Counted from the first letter of the stretch, positions 51,292 through 64,000 are shown. The stretch is DNA of 64,000 nt from Octopus bimaculoides (GCF_001194135.2 NC_068995.1:38881692-38945691), one strand, 5' to 3'. Program-made: numbers and translations. The notes: generated by a model not told the origin, from the letters alone.

Positions 51292-51538
51292 GCGTATGTA
51301 TATATATANNNNNNNNNNNNNNNNNNNNNNNNNNNNNNNNNNNNNNNNNNNNNNNNNNNNNNNNNNNNNNNNNNNNNNNNNNNNNNNNNNNNNNNNNNNN
51401 NNNNNNNNNNNNNNNNNNNNNNNNNNNNNNNNNNNNNNNNNNNNNNNNNNNNNNNNNNNNNNNNNNNNNNNNNNNNNNNNNNNNNNNNNNNNNNNNNNNN
51501 NNNNNNNNNNNNNNNNNNNNNNNNNNNNNNNNNNNNNN

Positions 51539-51575
<37 letters not shown>

Positions 51576-51697
51576 ACCCAGATTGAAGAAGTTCATTTCT
51601 ATACTGTTGCTATGCAGAAGAAATTAACGCTAAACGCTCAACGAATTCTTCCTTGAAAGAAGTTTACGAGCATACGGTTGCCAGAACATCACATATC

Positions 51698-51751
51698 ATC
51701 AGTCGGTACTCTATTCCATGTGATATCAGTGGGTACTCTATTCCATGTGAT
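51698..51751. repeat. 27-bp tandem duplication
   Basis: ATCAG(C/G at one site)...: ATCAGTCGGTACTCTATTCCATGTGAT followed by ATCAGTGGGTACTCTATTCCATGTGAT. Confidence 0.9.
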
Positions 51752-53715
51752 TTACATTTTCCTGCGCATTGAAATAAAAATTAATAAATGAAGAAACCTG
51801 GAAACGAAATAGAAGCAAATTAAGCTATCCTTTAAGGTGATGCTCCAATTTATAACTGCTTTATGTAACCGCTGACTTGTGCTATTCATTTATGTATGTA
51901 GCCGTACTATTATTTTCTAACGAGCGGTCAACAAACTATGTAAGTGACTGTCAGGAAATACCATTTAATTCTCATCGAATATCAATAACATAGAACGGTT
52001 TCATAACATTTCTTAACGCATATGAACATTTATTAATATTATCGTTATATAGACACACACACACATTTATACACACATACATACATTCATACATACATTC
52101 ATACATACACATATATACATATATTATATATATACATATATTATATATATACATATATATANNNNNNNNNNNNNNNNNNNNNNNNNNNNNNNNNNNNNNN
52201 NNNNNNNNNNNNNNNNNNNNNNNNNNNNNNNNNNNNNNNNNNNNNNNNNNNNNNNNNNNNNNNNNNNNNNNNNNNNNNNNNNNNNNNNNNNNNNNNNNNN
52301 NNNNNNNNNNNNNNNNNNNNNNNNNNNGAGAGAGAGAGAAAGAGAGTGTGCAGAGCTTATGCTGTAAACCAGTTGGCGGATAATCCGCCTGGTGTTAAAC
52401 TAGTAATAACATTCCTCTGCCACTTTTGATGTGGCTACTCGCTTTACTGTTTAGCATAGGTTACTTCAGATTTTAGAACTTGCTATTTTGCTTGTTGCAA
52501 ATCAGTGACCGATATTGTTTACAATATATCGCTGACAGAAGCGGATCTGAAGTACACTCCACTGCGGTGCTACACTGCACAACTGAGGTGGCCCAAGAAG
52601 CTCGAAACCCGTCGGTCCCACGATCCTGTCATCTATTGGAATGTAGTAGGTGTTCGCTCCCCATTCTAGCGATGTATTGTACATAAAGGGTGGAGAACTT
52701 GCACCAAAATCCAGCTGGCAGTAACATTCACCTGCCACTATATANNNNNNNNNNNNNNNNNNNNNNNNNNNNNNNNNNNNNNNNNNNNNNNNNNNNNNNN
52801 NNNNNNNNNNNNNNNNNNNNNNNNNNNNNNNNNNNNNNNNNNNNNNNNNNNNNNNNNNNNNNNNNNNNNNNNNNNNNNNNNNNNNNNNNNNNNNNNNNNN
52901 NNNNNNNNNNNNNNNNNNNNNNNNNNNNNNNNNNNNNNNNNNNNNNNNNNNNNNNNNNNNNNNNNNNNNNNNNNNNNNNNNNNNNNNNNNNNNNNNNNNN
53001 NNNNNNNNNNNNNNNNNNNNNNNNNNNNNNNNNNNNNNNNNNNNNNNNNNNNNNNNNNNNNNNNNNNNNNNNNNNNNNNNNNNNNNNNNNNNNNNNNNNN
53101 NNNNNNNNNNNNNNNNNNNNNNNNNNNNNNNNNNNNNNNNNNNNNNNNNNNNNNNNNNNNNNNNNNNNNNNNNNNNNNNNNNNNNNNNNNNNNNNNNNNN
53201 NNNNNNNNNNNNNNNNNNNNNNNNNNNNNNNNNNNNNNNNNNNNNNNNNNNNNNNNNNNNNNNNNNNNNNNNNNNNNNNNNNNNNNNNNNNNNNNNNNNN
53301 NNNNNNNNNNNNNNNNNNNNNNNNNNNNNNNNNNNNNNNNNNNNNNNNNNNNNNNNNNNNNNNNNNNNNNNNNNNNNNNNNNNNNNNNNNNNNNNNNNNN
53401 NNNNNNNNNNNNNNNNNNNNNNNNNNNNNNNNNNNNNNNNNNNNNNNNNNNNNNNNNNNNNNNNNNNNNNNNNNNNNNNNNNNNNNNNNNNNNNNNNNNN
53501 NNNNNNNNNNNNNNNNNNNNNNNNNNNNNNNNNNNNNNNNNNNNNNNNNNNNNNNNNNNNNNNNNNNNNNNNNNNNNNNNNNNNNNNNNNNNNNNNNNNN
53601 NNNNNNNNNNNNNNNNNNNNNNNNNNNNNNNNNNNNNNNNNNNNNNNNNNNNNNNNNNNNNNNNNNNNNNNNNNNNNNNNNNNNNNNNNNNNNNNNNNNN
53701 NNNNNNNNNNNNNNN

Positions 53716-53751
<36 letters not shown>

Positions 53752-54128
53752 GTGTGCGTGTGTTTGTGTGTGTGTGTGTGTGTGTATGTGTGTGTATACA
53801 CAAATAGAGAAAAAAATGGGAGAGCGAACAATAAAACGGAATATATGTTTATATTCTAAATAAAATGTTTGTTGCAAAAATCCAATTTCAAATACGAGAA
53901 TATATCACAATATAATTTGGTATTTTGAAAGTATCGATTAACTCTTCATTTGTAATATTTTCCAAACCTAATCAATTTATATATGATATAAAAGCAAAAA
54001 TCAACTACGAAGCTAATTTGTATACGCTTATGAACTTAACAGTTATATAAAAGGATTTTTGTCTCACGATTCGTGAAACAATGGAATAAAACTGTTACAT
54101 GTTAAGTTCACATTTATCCCGATTATTA

Positions 54129-54182
54129 CGTTACTCCAACCATTACAGTGTTTTGCGTTACCCCAACCATTGCAGTGTTGTC
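54129..54182. repeat. 27-bp tandem duplication
   Basis: CGTTACTCCAACCATTACAGTGTTTTG followed by CGTTACCCCAACCATTGCAGTGTTGTC. Confidence 0.85.
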
Positions 54183-55754
54183 CTACTGTTAAAATTCTTA
54201 TCATGATCGCTTTTATTGAATTTAAGACGTTCTTGAATAAAACAACTGCACACACATACACACGATCAATATGTGTGTGTATGTGTAAGTTTGTATGTAT
54301 GTATGCATGTATGTATATATGTAGATGTGTATTTATATTTACAACTCGTCTGATATGAATTCACATCTTCTGGACCTATTTCTGGAGAAGTAACACTTTC
54401 CAAGCTTTACATGTAATGTCAAATCCAATATCAACACTTTGTAAACACAATAAAGCTCAGTTCTCTTTCTGTATAAAAGTGTTTGGTTGAAATAACTTTT
54501 GGCAAAGTTAATTTCTCATATTCTGTTTCATTGTTTTTGTGTTATATATCAGCTAGCTTTGCTTTGCTCCGTTTCACGTTATACTTCATTGCATTTCATT
54601 TGCATGATTTATCGAGTGTGAATGCAGTGAATGCTTGTTTATTTTTTGGCATATGCACATGGCCTTTGTTAGTTTTGTATTATACATCTTTCTTCTTAAA
54701 TATGCAGTGTAATCATTTCATATGCAATTGTTATTCAGTAGTAGTGACGAATTTAGAGATATTATGTGTACAGTTTTGGAAATGTTCAGCATATCTGAAT
54801 AAACACTCATATTTTTGAAAGCCTAACATCAAAGTATAACACTGCATATTTCCAGTTTCTATCTGAAAATAGATATCCTTGAATGAGTGCACCTTTTGTG
54901 GAAAAATTCTTTACTTACTAGCAGATTCAAATTTATGATAACCTACATCCCTAACATAAGGACTTCAAATTCTAAGTGTAATCCTCCTAAAATTATCCGG
55001 ATTTTATTTGTGTGCATTAAGTCAAATAATTCCAGAAATGTATTAAATGTGCTAGATGAATATTTCCACAATATCAGAGGCAATAACAGATGCAGTGCTC
55101 CAGGAACTGCATAAAAGTGTGTTATACAGTACAACCAATATGAATGCATTAAATGAAATGATTTAATTGAGACCACTGCAGAAAAAAATAGCAATGTTCA
55201 TAATTCATCTGTAGACTCTACAGAAATCTTCAGAAATAGAAATATCATACAAATAATATTCAACAAGTTTGTTGAATGAACAAGTAAGCACACCTAGCAC
55301 AAGAAATTATGTTCAGGTGTACTGTAATATTAACTGTTTCACCTAGAGCAAAATAGCAAACTAAAAGTTACATTAAACAAGACATAGCACAATGAATTGA
55401 ATTAACCGTTTCCTATTTCTTCAGTGTTCAAAACTTATGTAAAATCTTATTCATCAATTGTCATCTGAGCCTCCTTTACAATATGTACATGCAAATGTGT
55501 GTAAGTTAATAATGTGAAACCAAATAACATCATCACAACAGAAGAAGCAGCTAGGAAGAAAGGAGTCTTGTTATATGCCGAGCAATTATTAATCAGCAAA
55601 ACTCTGATGTGAAAGATGCACGAGCATAGGTGGAAACTAGTTACAATGTGAATAGACTACTAGAAAGCTTTTGACTCTGTTCCCCACTCATGGATGCTAG
55701 AAGCCCTTCAGCTCAAGGAAAGAAGACCCCACAGTATGGTAGAAGTCATAGCGA

Positions 55755-56110
55755 CTTATAATAAAACGGAGTACTGGTGGAGTGACCCAGTAAAAATATC
55801 AATAAAATGTAAGCACAACAGACCTGATATAATAATTTGGGGTAGAGAAGAGAAACTGTGTACAATTGTGGTAATTAGCTGGGCAGCAGAAGTTAACATA
55901 AAGCTGAAGATAAGTGAACTTTTGAGAAATCTGCAGTTACTCTATCCAGATTACAAGTTCAGGTTTATACCTGTAATTATTGCGACACTGGGATATGTAA
56001 CACAGTACTTAAATACCAAACTTGAGAAATTAGGCTTCCTGAAAGCAAAAAGGAGAAAGTTAGTTCGAAGACTACAGATGCAATCCATCACTGGCTTTTT
56101 CTCTATTGGC
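55755..56110 (+). mobile_element. RLE-type (R4/Dong-like) LINE, restriction-like endonuclease domain fragment
   Basis: EYWWSDPVKISIKCKHNRPDIIIWGREEKLCTIV...LLRNLQLLYPDYKFRFIPVIIATLG, matching the NRPD(I)...IPxVIGxLG RLE motif. The KxxKY segment appears deleted. Confidence 0.82.
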
Positions 56111-57266
56111 AAGAAATCTTGAATAAAAACTGAATAATGACATACATACACACTTTGGTATATAATATACATTTGTGTCTGAATGTATTCACGCTATCTG
56201 TGCAAACACCTACAGAAACACCACACATATTCTCGCATAAATATCGATAAATATATGCTGAGAGATATTCAGTTTATCATTACTCTTAACAAAATCATGT
56301 ACGCTCAATAGAACTTAATTGTGTATATATTGCCCTCCAGAAATTTTGAATTCAATTCAGTTGCTAACTGAATATCCATAAAAATCAAAATTACAATTAA
56401 AGCAGAGTACATTATGTGAAACTATAAATTATGTTGACTATGATATATTCATTTGAAACTACAGGTATACGCTGAACCGCAAAACAAACGCAATTTTTTC
56501 TCAACCCGCAATTAAAATCCAAAGATGGCTGAACCAGGTGGTCTCAAGGCCGACAACTCGTGTGGAAATGGAGGCAGCTTTCCTCAGGGACGGGCACAGG
56601 GGGCAATGGCTTTTGTGTACTCGTATAGCCGTTTTGAATACCCAGGGAGAGCATACACGGCATTGAATATGTCGCTGTGCTAGATCCACCTAAAACCAGA
56701 AGACATGACAACCACCCATAGACTGTGGTCAAAGTACATCCAGGAAATTGACTTTATGATATTTATCAAAATTTAACTGTGACATAATGTAATTAAAACG
56801 CTTTTCACAGTAACACGTCTGGCGTCTCTTTTGTGGTTCAGTGTATAAGCCAAAATTAGAACTACATAGATATTAATAAGAGTTTCAGGACATAAAGAGT
56901 ATTTTTGGGTCTTTTTTTTTTTGCATTTATGTTGATGCATCATGTATGAGAATAAAACTAATTAATTGCCATTTATTTATCCTGATGTTCNNNNNNNNNN
57001 NNNNNNNNNNNNNNNNNNNNNNNNNNNNNNNNNNNNNNNNNNNNNNNNNNNNNNNNNNNNNNNNNNNNNNNNNNNNNNNNNNNNNNNNNNNNNNNNNNNN
57101 NNNNNNNNNNNNNNNNNNNNNNNNNNNNNNNNNNNNNNNNNNNNNNNNNNNNNNNNNNNNNNNNNNNNNNNNNNNNNNNNNNNNNNNNNNNNNNNNNNNN
57201 NNNNNNNNNNNNNNNNNNNNNNNNNNNNNNNNNNNNNNNNNNNNNNNNNNNNNNNNNNNNNNNNNN

Positions 57267-57895
57267 GCACACATCTCACAAAAGTAAATAGATACCCATT
57301 AAAACATTGGTTTATGTTTATTCTAACATATTTTATTAATTGATATTTTTATGTTTCAGGTTCAAAACAAAAACTGTCTACAAAAAAGAACCCTTGTAAC
57401 TGTCTGAATCTGAGAGATGCCGCATAGTGGGTCATTATGAAGGTGGACATAGTCAGCGTAAAATCGCTGCAATCTTTGGAATCCCGATTTCTACAGTTAA
57501 TAGAGTGATTGTACAATTCACCTGAGAGGGGAAAGGGTCTATATCACCTCACCCATATCAACCAGGGCTCATTAACAAGACCCTTCTTTTGTTGAGAGAA
57601 GTGTAGAGGATAATCCGCGTTCAAAGACCTCTGACATAGCAGAACAAGTTGATGCCTGTCCAAGAACAGCTTTCAGGTATCTCCACAAACTTTATTACTA
57701 TAGCAGAGCAGCAAGAAGGAAGCCACAAGTGTGGGCCAGTGAGATGGTGGAGAGGCCATTAGAATTTTGGAACACTGTCATATTCTCTATTGAGTCCAGA
57801 ATTGCTGCAGTTCCTGACAATGTTTAGGTGTGTGTCTGGAGACTCTGAGATCAAGAATTTGGTGTGAAAATATTGCAGCCAACAATGAAACACGA
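57267..57895 (+). mobile_element. Tc1-like transposon remnant (N-terminal half of transposase)
   Basis: [36 protein letters not shown]...YYSRAARRKP...EFWNTVIFSIESR...VWR...LQPTMKH: paired-like HTH plus the first DDE region. TIR-like CATCTCACAAAAGTAA lies at the gap edge. Confidence 0.85.
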
Positions 57896-58061
57896 CCTGC
57901 AACCACCCAGATTATTGTTGTTATTATGAAATATTTATATCTACCGCAGATAATAATAACAACAATAATAATGATATGTATATAAACGTTCACTTTTGAA
58001 TATTTACTCCTTATTTACACACACACGCACGCACGCACACACACACACACATACACACACA

Positions 58062-58105
<44 letters not shown>

Positions 58106-58649
58106 AGGACAAATTCGTGTATTTCTCATTAACGGGATATATGCATATAAACTACATTGTAGTTTACTTGCAAATAGACTACATTTACCGTGATAAAGTA
58201 CTGTTTCAGTTTTATATGGTTTGTATAGGAATCACATACATAAATATTACCGTAAATTACTTTTGCAAGCAGATAATTGCCAACTTCTCCTGCGGAACGT
58301 TGCAGAGAATCATTATTGTCCACGAGTTTGCATCATTATCATATGACACTGACTGGAGAATATTTATCTACGCATAAGCAATAATAATAAATATAGATGA
58401 CTATGGGTGAAATGACAGATTACTGTGTATACAACATCGTATCTTTGTAATGAAAATATTTTATCGTATTCTTATTTAATATTGAATATAATTTTTGGAC
58501 AGATTTTTGGTTACATAGACAGACACGCCGACACTCACACGTATTTTGGCACACACAAAATGTGGCTACAGGTTTGTAATCTTTCTAAAGTCACTAATGC
58601 TAACTAATCATCCTTTATAATATAGACACAAGACCTGAAATTTTGTGGT

Positions 58650-58822
58650 AGATGGATAGTCGATTATATGGATCCCGGTGTACAACTGATACTTGTTTCT
58701 CATCGATTTCAAATATGTGACTGAAATAGCGACCGCAGTGGAATTTTAACACAGAACGTAAAGAAGGAACTAAACTGCTAAAAATTTGTTTTATGTGCTA
58801 CTGATTTTACAAGCTCACTTCT
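58650..58822 (-). mobile_element. SINE, Meta-like family (degenerate)
   Basis: GTCGATTATATGGATCCC.GTG...GGAATTTTAAC.CAGAACGTAAAGA. Confidence 0.6.
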
Positions 58823-60083
58823 AATGCTAGTTAACTATACTATGAATTCAACTTATTCTTCTGATATATCTACTGAAAGGTGTTCAGACTTCTCCGAGCC
58901 GTTGAAGTTTATTAAAAGATGCAGAAAATGAACTTGGAAACATGCCTAAAGCAACTAAAAATACATGGCGTAGAAAAGTATCTGCTAGGAATGTTTGTGA
59001 CACAAAATTCTCTTGCAATAATGCATTCTCACTTAAGAATTTGGAATACAATTAAAACGCTGAAAATCCCTCATGTTAACTTTGTTTCCTTAGAGCATCT
59101 GTAAATTCAAATAGTCATTTCAAATAGCGTTCCTTTCTATATTTACCTTTGTATATCTTTTCCTTATTCGTTGTATACTTTATTATTCTTTTCATAATTA
59201 TAAAATGACACCAGGGCGTCGCTACCCGTGGAGGCAAGCTAGCGTAGCATTTTAGAAAAGCCGTAGCTCAAGTGTATCTAAGGATTAAACTAGTGGGAAT
59301 GCCGAGAACATCCTTAAGATCCCTCTTCAGTAGAGCACACCCATTTGAAAGGATCCTTTGAACTAATAGAAAATGCACTGTGTGTATAGTAAACCTACAG
59401 TTGAACTGCGAAGCCAGGAATGTACTTTATAAAATAAGGTGTGCAGTGTTACACTGCATAAACGGTATACTTTAAAGGGACAGTCCGTATCATAAGAGGG
59501 GGGAGAAATAAACATTAGCAGGATCTCAAAGAAGAGAAAAGCTCGTCAGTTCCAAACGAACATGTTCAACTTAAATATGGGGGATTCGATAGATAACATA
59601 GAATATGCTATTACATGACCATATAGAAATGACACAACTTTCAGAGAAATTACTGAGGCCACAGACGTAAGAGAATATATACTGAGCCTCAACAAAAAAT
59701 GTGAATGGAATGTTAACAGCAACCCCTCCACTCCACAGTGCAGCCTGCAGATTAAAAACCGAATAGGACCAAACGAAAACAAAGAAAGACACAATTAAAA
59801 AAATAACGGCGTATTAAGCAAAACCATGTACACACATATAAGACACATATGCATGTTCAGAGAGGTATACATAAGCCACAGAGAAGACAGATATAAACAG
59901 AGACCGCAAAGAAGACAAGTGAAAGTAAAAAAAATGTATTCACTGTGGAGGTCACATGGTAAGTGACGAAAGAACTCTGACGAATAAGCAATAATTAATG
60001 TTCATGTTAAAGAGAAGATCAAATAACTAGAAAAGCACTCGAAGGGCGCAGACCTCCGCCAAACCAGAAGAAGCAGCACTATA

Positions 60084-60490
60084 ATGACGACGATGACCAC
60101 CACCACCGCCGCCGCCACCACTACCACCATATCACAATCACCACCACAACTATCCTACCACTATCACAACAACCACAACCACCAACATCATCAGCAGCAT
60201 TGTCATTGCTTCCGCTTCAACCACATACACCGCCATCAGCGTTATCATGGCGGTTACCTCGACAGTCACTTTCACCATCACAACCAGAATAACCACTATA
60301 ATACCACCATCACAAAACTAACACTATTATCAACACCACTATTACCACCATCACCTCAGCATCACACATCACACCGCTCCTGTCACCATTATAACCACCA
60401 ATACTATTTTATCCTCCTCCCATACTTATCTCGACCATCGTCATTATCAACATTGATTGCACCACAATCACCGTCAAAACTACGATCACC
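60084..60490. repeat. degenerate (CAC/CAT/CAA)n low-complexity tract
   Basis: Direct inspection; explains the His/Thr-rich pseudo-ORF 60084..60515. Confidence 0.85.
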
Positions 60491-60889
60491 ACAATCAGTT
60501 TCTTTATACAATTGAAAATCCATTATCCGATATTCATGGTATCGAGATTGTAGCAGATTTTTGATTTTTCTGATTTCGGAGTGCTTTATTATAAAAAGAT
60601 TGCATCCACAAAACGGAACGGTTTGAGGATAGAAACCAGGTCTAAACACAATAGCTTATAGACATACTCTGAATGTAGTTCTATATAGATCTTTAATAAT
60701 TTTTTTATACTTCAGACTATCAGAAATGTTAAGATATCAACCTCTGCCCACATGGTCATGCTTTGATTAAAAGGTTACAGCATAGATTAGATTACTTAGA
60801 TAAGTTTCGGCTGAAGTTGACTCAGGCCATATCTAATTTAATAACACCACCTGGAAGAGATACACAGTCAGCTCTGGGGAACCGTAACA

Positions 60890-61250
60890 CATTCAAGCAG
60901 AGGGTTATTGTTTTCAGAGACATATCTGGGTGTGGATGGTTCCTCTAGCATTTGTTGTGGGTAATCATCTGGGGATCGTTTGAATGCTGTGAAATCACTT
61001 TCCTCCTTTATGTGTTTCTGGTACGACGTTGAGGAGAGCAGGGCCAATGGAGGTGAAATAGTACGACATGAACATTTCTGTAGTGGATAGATGACACGGG
61101 GTCCAAGCCTAGGACGAATGTTAAAGATGGGCAATGCTGATGGAATATTTTCCACATCATACAGATGATATAGAACTCACAACGGCGGTGGAGGGAGCAA
61201 AGCATGAGCTTTTTGAGTCGATCCCAATAGTCAAGGTTTGTCATGTCATC
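60890..61250 (-). mobile_element. CR1/L2-group LINE C-terminal fragment (distinct subfamily)
   Basis: MTNLDYWDRLKKLMLCSLHRRCEFYIICMMWKI...PRLGPR, i.e. the Y..RL..L.L.SL.RRRERY motif. Confidence 0.8.
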
Positions 61251-63024
61251 CTCCGTAGACCTCCGCCAAGCAGCTCATTTTAAGATAGATACGCGAGTAA
61301 AATTACTAATAGGGAAACGAAAATAAACTTTTGAAACAGCAATGAAATGATAGAAATTGTATAAGAACTCCACAGAAATGTGCACAACAGATTAGTATAT
61401 CAAAGCATATGTAAAGCTACTTGTATATTATACAACATAATAAATCTTGACAAGAAATTAATCAAACTCAAAAAAGAAAAGTTTTTCATAAAGCCCCTCC
61501 TCGACGCGAAAGGCATTTAATTATGAACTGTTACAAAGATAATATTACTAATATCCCTACATCTAGAAATATCTCAAGGAAAGCGAATTATCTATATTTA
61601 CTCAAAACGTTTTAGATTCGTTTACTTTCAGATTTAGATAGGCAACGCATCTAAAGCAGGGGAAGAATAGTAGTGCCATTGCAATTCATTTAATGCTATC
61701 TTGATAAAGCCGTCTGGAGGGTTACATAATTTTATATAATCCAATTTTATCCACCGATCTCTAGAAATCTTCTGCAATGTCTACAATTCAGCAAAATATA
61801 TATCGCTATGACCAAGAGATATATTTGAATAATTAGAATAATTATATTCAGAAGGAAAGTTTTATTACTTTACAACACATTAACGCACTCCTTTTAGGTC
61901 GAGTAGTAGAGTAACAAGTTCTTCGTTTCTCAAGTATGACAGCGCTGAATTGCCAAATATCAACGAGTATTCATTGATATATACAATGACAAATATAAAA
62001 AAAAGACATTATGCAATTTAAGTATTATATAAAGAGAAGATACTCAGAGAGGTACAATCAGCAATAAGCATGACACATAGAGACTGCGGTAAAAATTACG
62101 GTATTGAAATAATTATTGAAATCTCGAAATTTCGATAAATATGCTTTGGTAAACATTAGAAATTACATTCTTTCTAATTGTGCACATTGCTCGAAATTCT
62201 GCGAGGAGCCCGAAATCGGTTGCAGCAAAAAAAAAAAAAAAAAAAAAAGAGCAGAATATAGTACGTATTTTAACAAACCCGAAAATATGAACAGCACAAT
62301 CGGCTACGGTATTTGAACTTAGATCGTTAAATGTCGGAAGAAAATCCGTTGACCATTTGTCCGCTGTAGTAAAGATTTTGCCAATTATCTGCCAAAATGT
62401 TCATGAGCACACCTGCAATCATATCCATTGTAAATCTTAAGCCAATTCCCAAACTATATTCATGTAAGTATGTATTCGTGAAATCCAATGAAAGTGTGAA
62501 GAACACCCCACCCCTACCCATTAGACACTAAGAATCTCACAATAATGAAATACAAATAATATCTTTGAAATCTCTATTTTCCATGCAAACAGCTTTAAAT
62601 ATAGTTAAAGGTCTTGATAAATCTTAATCAAACACTGAACTCGCAAAACATTGATAATTCTGAATCTGCAGTAAAACTGCTGTTAAGGTAAGCTATATTT
62701 CTTGAAATAATGCAAATTCTCAAATACGCTTTCACGACTAAGAAGCCAGAAGATATTATGCAATGATAACAGCTTCAATACAATTTGAGAAGCGGTCAGT
62801 TTTCCTTGAGATAACCAATGAGTTGGGATGGAAAATAGATATATCAACCTTGCAGGAAATTTACTGAAGGCCTGGATTAACACATCACATACACCTACCA
62901 ACACAGAGATACAGACATGTATGCATGTGTGTGTCCATGGGCGTGTGTTTCTGTGCGTACACGAGACAGATTCCTATAACAAGTCTACGAAACTCTAAAT
63001 TGCATAGAGCTGAATCAAATAGGT

Positions 63025-63053
63025 TAACTACTACTACTTCTGCTACTACTATA

Positions 63054-63113
<60 letters not shown>

Positions 63114-63149
63114 GTTGCTGCTGCTGTTATTACTACTGCTACTAATATA

Positions 63150-63212
<63 letters not shown>

Positions 63213-63401
63213 ATTACTACTAATAATAATATAACTACTACTATAACTACTACTACTGCTGCTGCTANNNNNNNNNNNNNNNNNNNNNNNNNNNNNNNNN
63301 NNNNNNNNNNNNNNNNNNNNNNNNNNNNNNNNCTGCTGCTGCTGCTATTACTACTAATAATAATATAACTACTACTATAACTACTACTACTGCTGCTACT
63401 G

Positions 63402-63447
<46 letters not shown>
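63025..63447. repeat. (ACT)n/(GCT)n/(AAT)n microsatellite with an internal gap
   Basis: Direct inspection. Confidence 0.95.
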
Positions 63448-63449
63448 AA

Positions 63450-63645
63450 GGGCAGATATTTTTTGTGGGAGCGGGGATAGGTCAATTACATCTACTGCAA
63501 TGTTTTACTGATACTTAATATATCGACCCCGACAGGATGAAAGGCGAAGTAGACATCGGTGGAATTTAAACTCAGAACGTAGCAGCACACGAAAATACCA
63601 CTAAGCATTCCGTCCAGCAACCTAAAAATTCTGCCAGCTTGTGCC
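63450..63645 (-). mobile_element. SINE, Meta-like family
   Basis: ATCGACCCCGACAGGATGAAAGGCGAAGT.GAC.TCGGTGGAATTTAAACTCAGAACGTA...CTAAGCATT...CTGCCAGCT. Confidence 0.8.
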
Positions 63646-63694
63646 TCAATAATAATAATAATAATAATTCGGATTAGAAAAATGTACCAAAGCA

Positions 63695-64000
63695 ACCCTG
63701 AAAAGAGGAAAATTAGTTAAAAGCAGCAATATAACACTAGATAAAGCCAATGAAATAAGAGAGCTAGACGAAAGCCAACCATATAAGTATTTAGGTGTCA
63801 ATGAACTAGATAGGATACAACATACACAAATGAAATAAACAAATAAAGAAAGAGTACTAGAGACGAGTTAGATCAATACTAAAAACAGAGCTCAATGCTA
63901 AAAACAAGATAATGGGTATCAACACTTTAGCTGTCCCAGATATAAGCTACAGCTACAACATCCTTAACTGGACACTAAACGAACTATGTAAAATAGACAG
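63695..64000 (+). mobile_element. RLE-type (R4/Dong-like) LINE, RT C-terminal fragment (runs off the window)
   Basis: KRGKLVKS...ELDESQPYKYLGV...RRVRSILKTELNAKNKIMGINTLAVPDISYSYNILNWTLNELCKID. Confidence 0.85.

Larger units (their letters stand above)
7421..63332. other. About 17 assembly gaps (N-runs, ~6 kb in total) scattered across this span
   Basis: Examples: 7421-7589, 9454-9777, 13895-14490, 18324-18809, 21617-22254, 26195-26922, 36579-36876, 49797-50265, 52745-53716, 56991-57266. Most are flanked by (AT)n, (CA)n or (GA)n. Confidence 0.95.

Noticed and set aside
54913-55115. Minus-strand exon candidate with a GTAAGT donor
   Set aside because: All three frames are closed between the best acceptor and the donor.
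7332-57343. Long ORFs spanning N-runs (e.g. 13665..14597, 21415..22461, 25926..27101, 52502..53803)
   Set aside because: Their length comes from X residues and dinucleotide repeats (YIYI, THTH, VCVC); they are not evidence of coding.
1-64000. CRISPR arrays, operons or prokaryotic/viral systems
   Set aside because: No regularly interspaced repeats or gene-dense segments; everything is consistent with eukaryotic repeat-rich DNA.

Overview
AT-rich, gap-ridden eukaryotic DNA with about 17 N-gaps (~6 kb), almost all flanked by microsatellites. The SINE families and microsatellite load point to an octopod cephalopod (Octopus-like); this is inferred from repeat recognition, not a search. No complete protein-coding gene is visible, and nearly all long ORFs in the track are artefacts of N-runs or simple repeats. 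The window is intronic or intergenic and filled with decayed mobile elements: about 16 tRNA-derived SINEs of several modular families, four CR1/L2-group LINE fragments, three RLE-type (R4/Dong-like) LINE fragments, two mariner and one Tc1 remnant, a Helitron Rep remnant and a pogo-like MITE. The most unusual cluster is at 19.8-20.6 kb: a tRNA-like SINE head, a 117-bp inverted repeat with a templated spacer, an (AAT)n tract and a type I minimal hammerhead ribozyme of the Penelope-like kind. This suggests a ribozyme-bearing SINE that may be mobilised by Penelope-like elements. Further hammerhead/Penelope-like traces lie at 13.9 and 36.4 kb. Also notable are a mariner derivative with ~200-bp inverted arms, a branched fold-back at 31.8 kb, and a phase-compatible chain of short minus-strand candidate exons at 12-18 kb whose product I do not recognise.
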